64,000 nucleotides of DNA from the human T2T-CHM13v2.0 reference genome, Homo sapiens: the NCBI RefSeq assembly GCF_009914755.1, contig NC_060927.1, one strand, 5' to 3'. Within the stretch, counting starts at the first letter, position 1. Each line of letters opens with the position of its first letter. Shown piece after piece: positions 30,315 to 39,785 of the stretch. The notes below the pieces were generated by a model. That model saw only the letters and a program-made list of their open reading frames with translations. It made no database searches and was not told the DNA's origin. Both the position numbers and the translations under genes were made by a program.

Positions 30315-31544
30315 TGTGTCCGGAATTGGTGGGTTCTTGGTCTCACTGACTTCAAAAATGAAGCCACCGACCCTCATGGTGAGTGTTACAGCTCATAAAG
30401 GCACAGTGCCCAGAGTTTGTTCCTTCTGATGTTCGGATGTGTTCTGAGTTTCTTCCTTCTGGTGGGTTTATTGTCTTGCTGGCTCAAGAGTGAAGCTGCA
30501 GACCTTCCGGGTGAGTGTTAACAGCTGATAAAGGCAGAGCAGACCCAAACACTGCGCAGCAGCAAGATTCATTGCAAAAACCAAAAGAACAAATCTTCCA
30601 CCATGTGGAAGGGGACCCGAGCCGGTTGTCAGTGCTGGCTGGGGCAGCCTGCTTTTATTCTCTTATCTGGCCCCACCCACATCCTGCAGATTGGTCCATT
30701 TTACAGAGAGCCAATTGGTCTGTTTTACAGAGAGCTGATTGGTCCGTTTTGACAGGGTGCTGATTGGTGCATCCACAAACCCTGAGCTAGACACAGGGTG
30801 CTGATTGGTGCATTTACAAACCTTGAGCTAGATACAGAGTGCCCATTGGTGTATTCACAATCCCTTAGCTAGACATAAAGGTTCTCCAAGTCCCCACTAG
30901 ACTCAGGAGCCCAGCTGGCTTCACCCAGTGGATCCCGCCCCGGGGGCAGCAGGTGGAGCTGCCTGCCAGTCCTGCGTGTGTGCCCGCACTTCTCTGCCCT
31001 TGGGCGGTCGATGGGACCAGGCACCATGGAGCAGGGGGTGGCACTCGTCGGGGAGGCTTGGGCCATGCAGGAGCCCAGGGTGGGGAGACTCAGGCATGGC
31101 GGGCTGCAGGTCCCGAGCCCTGCCCCACAGAGAGGCAGCTAAGGCCCAGCGAGAAATCGAGCTCAGTGCCGGTGGGCCGGCACTGCTGGGGGACCTGGCG
31201 CACCCTCCGCAGCTGCTGGCCCAGGTGCTAAGCACTTCACTGCCCAGGGCTGGGGGCCTGCCGGCCGCTCCGAGTGCAGGGCCCGCCAAGCCCACGCCCA
31301 CCCAGAACTCTAGCTGGCCTGCAAGCCCTGCATGCAGCCCCGGTTCCTGCCCGTGCCTCTCCCTCCACATCTCCCAGCAGGCTGAGGGAGCCGGTTCTGG
31401 CTTTGGCCTACCCAGGAAGGGGCTCCCACAGTGCAGTGGCTGGCTGAAGGGCTCCTCCAGCGCGGCCAGAGTGGGCACCGAGGCCGAGGAGGCTCCGAGA
31501 GCGAGCGAGGGCTGCGAGGGCTACCAGCATGCTGTCACCTCTCA
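30315..31544 (-). mobile_element. Solo LTR12C-type (ERV9) LTR
   Basis: The minus strand starts TGAGAGGTGACAGCATGCTGG and ends CCACCAATTCCGGACACA (LTR12C termini). Perfect 4-bp TSD CTTT at 30311-30314 and 31545-31548. Six CCAAT boxes at 30690-30849, a GATA site, and an AATAAA TATA-equivalent at 30654-30659. Confidence 0.93.
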
Positions 31545-31752
31545 CTTTGCCTATTATAAAAAATGAGAGAGAGAAAATAAAAGCGAATTTATATGTGACC
31601 CCAGAATCTAGAACAGAGCTCTTTATCTCTCTCTCAGCAAGGCCTATTAACTAACACAGTTTTGCTGCTGTCTGTTTTCAGAACAAAGACTTGTTCTGTG
31701 TACTCAGACAGTCTAAAATGAAGGTTGAAAAAAACAGCTCATGTCCATACAC

Positions 31753-31827
31753 AGAAACAGAAACTGAACCGAACACCGAAACTGAAACTGTTTGTCTCTT
31801 CCTGAGAAACGAGCAAACCTGAAAGCT
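31753..31827 (+). promoter_or_regulatory. Tandem ISRE/IRF element cluster at the RTP4 promoter/TSS
   Basis: AGAAACAGAAACT (31753-31765) and CGAAACTGAAACT (31777-31789) match GAAANNGAAACT. Further GAAA half-sites run to 31827. Consistent with RTP4 being a known ISG. Confidence 0.88.
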
Positions 31828-31852
31828 ACTCTCTCAGCTTCAGAGGGAAAAA

Positions 31853-32007
31853 ATGGTTGTAGATTTCTGGACTTGGGAGCAGACATTTCAAGAACTAATC
31901 CAAGAGGCAAAACCCCGGGCCACATGGACGCTGAAGTTGGATGGCAACCTTCAGCTAGACTGCCTGGCTCAAGGGTGGAAGCAATACCAACAGAGAGCAT
32001 TTGGCTG
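31853..32007 (+). CDS. RTP4: Receptor transporter protein 4, coding exon 1 (residues 1-51 plus 2 nt of Trp52)
   Basis: ATG at 31853 in a strong Kozak context (AAAATGG). Hand translation gives MVVDFWTWEQTFQELIQEAKPRATWTLKLDGNLQLDCLAQGWKQYQQRAFG, the RTP4 N-terminus. It ends at donor TG|GTGAGT (GT at 32008). Length 155 nt, phase 2. Confidence 0.97.
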
Positions 32008-34192
32008 GTGAGTGTGGGTTTCCCAGGCAATAGCTCTTCTGAGAAGAGAGGCTCAGGCTCAGCTTAGCATGATTTATTCCTCTGAGAGCTTGTTGAAGGA
32101 GTAAATGTCACCAGGGCCTCCATCCTATTGTGGTCATAGTACTCTTTAGGGTCGACATGATAAGACGACTCCAAACCTCCATTTTGTTTAACTGCTGGAA
32201 GTTTCTTCTTTTACTAGGTTTCCCTCCGTAAATATTTCTGGAAAACCCTGGAGAAGGCTCCCTATTCCATAAATTTTCCCTTCTAGTTTCTCACCACGTC
32301 ATTTGTTCCAGACTACCTCTAGAGTCTTTTGCAGTCTCCCCAGCAGTCCTGACCAGCTTCCCCCAGCTGCACCAGCTCTCCAAGCCTTGGCACTGTTCAG
32401 TACAAGCCTGGGACGGAGCCTTTTTTTTTTTTTAAATATCTTAAGAATTGGCTAAGATCAAGCAGTTACTCTGAACATTGCTTTACTGAAGGCCTGGGGA
32501 TAATAGTATAGAATGATGTTGCAAAAACTAAATCTAAAACCCAGTTCATGGAGTCACCAAGTAATACTCCTCCCTTACTCACCACTTCCCTCTTTAACCC
32601 CCAGCAAGCCTCCAGGTTGCAGGAACCAGTTTCCTTGACCATGTTAGGAGGGTGAGAATTGCTGACCTGGATAATCAAATTTATTTTTAAATGACACACA
32701 GGACCTTCGGTATAGTTTTCATCTGACCTATTACTCAGCTTGCCTGCCTGCCCCATCCTGCCTCAGGTATGGCCTACTCCATTCCTTATGGACTATTAGC
32801 TATGCCATGCATCTTCAGACTTCCACACTCTTGTTCATGGAGTTCTGCTTGTTCAGCAGACCCTCCCCTCACCCCTCCCTGCTCATCCTTCAAGGCCCAC
32901 TCTAGTGCCTCCTCCTCCTAAAAGCATTCTCTGGTTCTCCTAGGCAGAGTAAGTATTCCTTCGTATACATTCCCATAAGATAATGGGATAAGATAAAATA
33001 TATATGTATATGTATACATAAATGATATATAATTATATATACATATGTACTATGTATTTCAGAATAATAAATTTATAAATATGTATTATTATATATTGTA
33101 TCAAATACAGTATATGCTTATTTTTAGCTGCAGAATCTGTTGTTTAAATAAAGCCTCCTAAACGTCTCCAGAACAGTTCTCAAGTCACTTGTCAGAGCCC
33201 GTATAGCAGTCATGTTGCTCTGCTTTCTAATCCAGGGAAATGTGTAAATATTTCTGTCCACACCAGCCAGAGCTTTTTGAGGGACTCATGATGTCTTACA
33301 ACGTTTTGGCACTCCTCCAAACAGAAAGAAGGTGTTTCTCCTGTTGGGATGATTTGATTTGATTGTCATTTCGAGATCGGAAAAGCAACCTACCAGTGTA
33401 CTTTTGGAAAATATCAATCAGCTTTTGAAAAGCATTTTGTAGTTTACAAAGTGTTTTCACATACATCGTCTCTTTTGATGCTGCCAATATAACCCTTGAA
33501 TTTTTTTTTTATGGATTCAAACAATGAGGGTTATAGAAGGGAAGGGCTTTGCCCAAGGTCTTCCTGATGTAAACTGGATCTTCAACCCAGGTATGAGGGA
33601 TGCAGTCTGTTTCTCCAGGTGTGAGAGATTAGCTACACTACTCACCAGAGGCAACGTGTTACAGCAGGTAAATGAGATGAATTTCAGATGGCCTGAGATT
33701 AGCAGCATGCCTCTAACATTTACCCTGTGTGTCCTTAAGCAGGTTGCGTATCCTTTTCATGATTCAGTTTCCTTATCTGGATATTGGGTTTAATAGTGCT
33801 TACTTCACAGATGAAATGGGATAAAATTATAAAGACCAATTATATTGTATGCATCAAAATAGATACTTTACCAAAGCTTTCTATGACCAAAATTAGGAAT
33901 AAGTTTCTCTGGAAGATGGCAGACATGATTTTCCCTCAGAGGCATCTGGAGATGTTTTACTAGCAAAGAGGTAGACTTGGGTGTAACATATGGGTGGATA
34001 CTCAGTAGGTCACAGGAAAAAGCCTTATCTGAAACATAGTCCTTCTTGTTCCTGTTTATCAATGACTGGGACAATCTAAATCACATGCATTTTTTCAAAT
34101 GGAAAAGGATGTTAGTGACAGGGGCCAAGACCATTTTCCCTCAGGTTAACAACCAGATGAAGGCATAATGGGTGTCTTCCTTCTGACTGCAG
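32008..34192 (+). other. RTP4: RTP4 intron (GT-AG, 2185 nt), containing MIR/L2 fragments and an AT-rich tract
   Basis: GTGAGT donor and TGCAG acceptor join the two coding exons in frame. Confidence 0.93.
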
Positions 34193-34778
34193 GTTCCGGT
34201 GTTCCTCCTGCCAGCGAAGTTGGGCTTCCGCCCAAGTGCAGATTCTGTGCCACACGTACTGGGAGCACTGGACATCCCAGGGTCAGGTGCGTATGAGGCT
34301 CTTTGGCCAAAGGTGCCAGAAGTGCTCCTGGTCCCAATATGAGATGCCTGAGTTCTCCTCGCATAGCACCATGAGGATTCTGAGCAACCTGGTGCAGCAT
34401 ATACTGAAGAAATACTATGGAAATGGCACGAGGAAGTCTCCAGAAATGCCAGTAATCCTGGAAGTGTCCCTGGAAGGATCCCATGACACAGCCAATTGTG
34501 AGGCATGCACTTTGGGCATCTGTGGACAGGGCTTAAAAAGCTGCATGACAAAGCCGTCCAAATCCCTACTCCCCCACCTAAAGACTGGGAATTCCTCACC
34601 TGGAATTGGTGCTGTGTACCTCGCAAACCAAGCCAAGAACCAGTCAGCTGAGGCAAAAGAGGCTAAGGGGAGTGGGTATGAGAAATTAGGGCCCAGTCGA
34701 GACCCAGATCCACTGAACATCTGTGTCTTTATTTTGCTGCTTGTATTTATTGTAGTCAAATGCTTTACATCAGAATGA
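34193..34778 (+). CDS. RTP4: Receptor transporter protein 4, coding exon 2 (3CxxC zinc finger, C-terminal TM helix)
   Basis: Acceptor CTGACTGCAG|G at 34192; the G completes Trp52. It reads FRCSSCQRSWASAQVQ..., continuous with ORF 34236-34778. Motifs CSSC, CQKC and HDTANCEAC are present, with hydrophobic tail ICVFILLLVFIVV. 155+586=741 nt = 246 aa + TGA. Confidence 0.97.
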
Positions 34779-34892
34779 TGAAAATAGGCTTGCCACTTTC
34801 TCTTATTTTAATTCCATGGTAGTCAATGAACTGGCTGCCACTTTAATATAACTGAAAATTCATTTTGAGACCAAGCAGGATCAAGTTTGTAG

Positions 34893-34898
34893 AATAAA
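34893..34898 (+). terminator. Candidate RTP4 polyadenylation signal 1 (AATAAA)
   Basis: AATAAA about 115 nt after the stop codon. Confidence 0.55.
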
Positions 34899-34963
34899 CA
34901 CTGGTTTCCTAGCCATCCTCTGAAAACAGTATGAAACCTGACCAAGTACATAATGGATTTAGT

Positions 34964-34969
34964 AATAAA
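34964..34969 (+). terminator. Candidate RTP4 polyadenylation signal 2 (AATAAA)
   Basis: AATAAA about 185 nt after the stop codon. Confidence 0.6.
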
Positions 34970-35048
34970 TATTGTCGAATTGCTAAAAAGTCTTCAATCA
35001 TTCATTCACTAAGTCACTCAGTGATATCAATATACTTAGCTCAGAAAG

Positions 35049-35527
35049 TGTGGGAGGCTGAATAATGGTGTCTCCCAACATATGCATGACTTAATCCCCA
35101 GAACCTGTAAACATGTTACTTTACATGGTAGAATGGACTTTGCGGATGTAATTAAGGACCTTGAAATGGTTAGATTATTTCATATTGTCCGGGTGGATAA
35201 GAACCAGGATTTTGTAACAGGGAGGCAACAAGCTCAAAATCAGAAAAAAGAGATTTGTCAATGGAACAAGAGGTTGAAGTGCTTTGAAGTTGGAGGAAGA
35301 GGTCACAGGCAAAAAAGTACAGGCAGCCTTTAGAAACCCAAAAGGACAAAGGAACAGATTCTCCCCTGGAGTCTGCAGAAGGAACCAGCCCTGCCTGCAC
35401 ATGGCTTTAGCCCAGTGACACTGATTTTGGACATCTGACCTTCAGAACTGCTTGCTCATAAACTTGTCTTGTTTTAATGCACTAAGTTTGTGGTAATTTA
35501 TTAGAGAAGCAATAAGAAATGAATATA
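35049..35527 (+). mobile_element. MaLR solo LTR, MLT1D-like
   Basis: Begins TGTGGGAGGCTGAATAATGG, contains ATTCTCCCCTGGAGTCTGCAGAAGGAACCAGCCC, and ends with the MLT1-type GCAATAAGAAATGAATA. Confidence 0.8.
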
Positions 35528-38131
35528 GTTATCAATACTACAGTATGAATCAGGGAATTATGTTTTAGGTATGCTTCAGGTTTGATAGAAAAAAGAGCAC
35601 TTTATACATTAGAAATACCAGTCAGCCCCATCTCCTCTTGTTCTTCTTTCTCCCCTACTTAAACCCACTCAAATATCTCCATCTCAAAGAGATTCCCTTT
35701 GATTTGATGATCCTTGGAGCTATCATATTCTCACTTCTTTCAGCATTGGATTGGGAATCACAGAAGAACTTGCCAATCCTGAGATCCTCTGATGCATCCT
35801 TCACCTCCTATTTTCATCTGTCTGCTAGGCATTTCTGTGTGGCTGTCATGTTTAAAGCCAAGCTCAACGCCTCTGACTCTCCTGTTTTAAATCCCCCAAG
35901 TCGCCCAAACTTTTCACCTCAGAGTCATCTTCAACCTCTCCTGATCAGCAACACTTATTCCCTTCTTTTGTCAAGTTACTCCCATCTCTTCCTTCTACTT
36001 TTCCTTGTCATCCTCTCTCCTCACCTAGTTCAAAATTATTGAAAAACGAGGGGATTTGGACTTTATCCCATAGGCAATGTGGAGTCATTGCAAGCATTTG
36101 AGGATATGGGCAAGTTGAGTAGAACCACATTTTTAAAATACCATCTATTTTTTGGGAAAGAATGGAGTACAGAATAGAAATAGTGAGAAGTCTGTCTTGC
36201 AATAGAATAGTGGGAAACACAGAAAGAGGGTCCTGTACACAATAAATATCTTGAAAGAATTTGAAGACAAATATAAGCGACCAAAAGACCTAAGGATGAA
36301 AATATCTCCCTTCTTTCTGCCCATCTCTTCATTTTATTTCAGGATCCCCCTACCAGTGCTCTCTCTGTATACATACCCCCTCCCCAAACCAAACCACACT
36401 ATTGAATTCCTGAATTCCTCCTGTTTTCTTCACAAAGAACATTGGCCTGGGGATCTACATGAAAATATTATTTATAGCCTAGCAATGCTGTATGACCTCA
36501 GCAAGTCATAATCCCTTCCGGGGCCTTAGTTTCTCCATCTATAAAATAGGTGGGGGTAAAACATGGAGAGTTGATCACATATATTTACCTCTGATCTCTC
36601 TTGAAACCACACTGAGTGACAGCAAAAGGAAATAAAGGCATCAATAGAGAAGGGCAAGGAGAATGGTTAGAAGATAGAACACTGATGGACTAGTGGCAGG
36701 TAACTGACTTAGCAGAGTAGGGTGAGCCAGAATATAAGTTTAGTGTGGAAAAACCAAGATGTGATTCATGTTGCACAATTCCAGAAAGGCTCCAGACTGT
36801 AGGATGAAGTAGCTCTGAAAGTGGGCACTGGGAAGGCAAAAGTGGGAGTGTTGGCTGAAAGACTATACCAAATTTCTTTCCCCTCTCCGAGGCAGCCTCG
36901 TAACCACACTTTACCCAACTGAGGGAGAAGAATGGAGGCTGCTTCTCTGAAGACATTTCTCATAGGGACTATGGCTCAGGGAAATCCTTAAGAGAGGAGG
37001 AGCCACAAGCAATCAAAAAGACCATGGTTGTTCACATACTGACTAATGAGACCCTCTTACCCCACTATCAGCCCTTGGAGCTGTTTTATAACCTACCTGC
37101 CCATCCCTCATAGACACATAACAGTGGAGGACTCCTTTTCTAGAAAAATGGATCTGCTCAAGATAAAAGAAAATATGTACATTGAAAGGGGGTGGGGGCC
37201 CCAATTCCGATAACCTCAGAGTGAACCCATCGGATGGAATCTCCTCCGCCAGAGCTTGCAGGTGGCTTTTTAAGGTCTCATATTTGCACCTTAAATGTGA
37301 CTGGACAGACTGCCAAGGGATTCTCAAATGTTTGATAAAGTCCCCTAATATAAAGGCAAAGAAGAAAAAAGGTTAAAACAAAAAAGACTCTGAAGAAATA
37401 GAGATGATTACAGGATAAGAAAGCCAAAAAAACATTTAAAAAGTAAAACTATTATACCTCAGTGAGGTAAGAGAGGGTATAATATTCATTAGACAAGAAT
37501 TAGACATCATCCTTTGGGATAACCCTAGATGAGACAGCTACCTTTGGCTGGAATCAGATCTGTGGTAGAGTCTCAGCTACAAGCATCCAATAGGCAATGT
37601 TCCCAAAAGCTTGGACAATGAGCACCTTAGTCCTCAAGGAAGTGATGTGAGTGGTGCACCACAGCCTCCACTACAATCCACATCTTGCAAAACTCAAATC
37701 TACTTGCTTTGTATAAAAAGTCTACATCTGGAGAAAGGTCTTCTGGGATTCTTTTCTGGCAGAAACATACAAGAGGAAGGTTAGTGGATAAATTTAGCCC
37801 CTACCACTGCATCTGGTCTTGGGACAGCAGATGTACACCCATAATCTCTTTTTTCTACCTCCAGTTCTTGATTTTCCTTATCCTAACACCTCTGCTGGTT
37901 TAGGTGGCTTACCTATAAGGCTATCCAAATGCTTATCGTGAGGACTGTGAGCCCTGGGTCACCACGTCCTTCTCAGTCTGTGGCTTCTTCCCTTGTCCAT
38001 CTATTAAATATTATCAAACTTAGGGAAATACCAAGAGATGCGCCAGTGAATCAGTTGGGTGCAAACATATTCTTCCCACACCCATTGTTTAATAGTAGTC
38101 CTATTTCCCTCTGATGATCAGGAAGATAACT

Positions 38132-38901
38132 CTTTTTTGTTTAAACTTTTATTTTAGGTTCAGGGGTCTATGTGCAAGTTTGTCATATAGGTAAATTTGT
38201 GTCATGGGGGTTTGTTATACAGATTATTTCCTCACCCAGGTATTAAGCCCAGTATCCATTACTTATTTTTCCTGATCCTCTTCCTCCTCCCACCCTCTGC
38301 CCTCTGGGAGGCCCCACTGTGAGTTGTTCCCTTCTATGTGTCCATGTGTTCTCATCATTTAACTACCACTTACAAGTGAGAACATGTGGTATTTGGTTTT
38401 CTGTTCATGCATTAGTTTGCTAAGGATAACGGCCTCAAGATTCATCCATGTCCTTGCAAAGGACATAATCTCATTCTTTTTTATGGCTGCATAGAATTCC
38501 ATGGTGTATATGTACCACATTTTCTTTATCCATTGTATCATCGATGGGCATTTAGGTTGATTCCATATCTTTGCAATTGTGAATAGAGCTGTGATGAACA
38601 TATGCGTGTATGTGTCTTTATAATAGAATGATTTATATTCCTTTGGGTATATACCCTGTAATGGGATCACTGGGCCAAATAGTATTTCTGTCTTTATGTC
38701 TTTGAGGAATCACTACACTGTCATCTACAATGGCTGGACTAATTTATACTGGCATCAACAGTGTAAAGCATTCCTTTTTTCTCTACGACCTTGCCAGCAT
38801 CTGTTATTTTTTGACTTTTTAAATAGCCATTCTGACTGGTGTGAGATGGTATATCATTGTGGTATTGATTTGCAATACCACATTATGGTATTGATTTGCA
38901 T
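38132..38901 (-). mobile_element. Older L1PA 3' fragment
   Basis: ORF 38359-38670 matches the L1 ORF2 C-terminus (FITALFTIAKIWNQPKCPS). Degenerate TSD TCAGGA..ATAACTCT. Confidence 0.88.
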
Positions 38902-39423
38902 TCAGGAGCATAACTCTCTTTCTTGTCTGCTGCACTCTTGGCAAAGGATCTCTGGAATGATCAGCCATAGCAAGACATAGGGACTTCCGCTGTGTTTCTT
39001 GGTGGAACCATTCGCCATCTAGGATCTCTAGACCTGCAGAGCCTTGAGTTGTGGCAATGGGAAGCACAGAAAATGGCAAGTGATTTAATGTGAAGCATTG
39101 TCAACAGAGTTACTCCTAAACCACCTGTTGATTTCCAGACCCATGTATTCTACTTATTGTGAGCACAGCATCATGTGATGGTAATTGATTCAGGTTGTAT
39201 ACTGCGTTCTGGTGGATGGTGATTCATCTTTACGAGATAGCATCTCTAAATTGCACCACAGCTGCATCTTAAAGATCATTGATCTGCCATTAATCTATCA
39301 GGCTGGCAGCTTCTGGGAAATGCAGTATTTGGTAAAACCAGGAAATTCCATGGTCATATTGCCACTTCTGTAACTCTTTTGCTACAAATTTTGTCCCTTG
39401 GTCTAATGTGACATTATGTGCTA

Positions 39424-39785
39424 TGTTAGTTTGCTAGGGCTGTAAGAGAGAATCAGTTTCCTGCCTATCACTTAGCTTCTAGTGGTTTGCTGGCAATCTT
39501 TAGAGTTCTTTGGCTTGTAGAAGCGTCACCCTAATTCTTGCTTTTTATCTTCACCCGGTAGTCTCCCTGTGTTTATATCTGTGTTCAAATTTCCCTTTTT
39601 TATAAGGACACCAGTAATAGCAGTAATATTGGATCGGGGGCCACCGGACTCCAGTATGACCTCATTTTAACTAATTACATCTTCAATGACCATAATTTCA
39701 AATAAGGTCACATTCTGAGGTACTAAGGTTTAGCTCTTCAACATACTTTTGTTTGGGGGGAGGGGGCAGAATTTAGTCCATTACA
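39424..39785 (-). mobile_element. MLT1-type MaLR LTR (internally deleted)
   Basis: TATGACCTCATTTTAACTAATTACATC...AAATAAGGTCACATTCTGAGGTACT motif. Confidence 0.75.

Noticed and set aside
30690-30875. Short spaced repeats resembling a CRISPR-like array
   Set aside because: These are the normal CCAAT-containing tandem units of LTR12 in a eukaryotic context.
30869-31566. Long ORFs (212, 185 and 92 aa) upstream of RTP4
   Set aside because: They lie within the GC-rich LTR12C U3, occur on both strands and are low-complexity. Stop-poor composition explains them.
34141-34759. Minus-strand ORFs (171, 112 and 114 aa) over RTP4 exon 2
   Set aside because: Antisense shadows of a real coding exon, with no recognisable protein.
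34236-34778. 180-aa ORF as a stand-alone gene starting at 34236
   Set aside because: The start is an internal GTG (Val67). The frame continues upstream to the acceptor at 34192.
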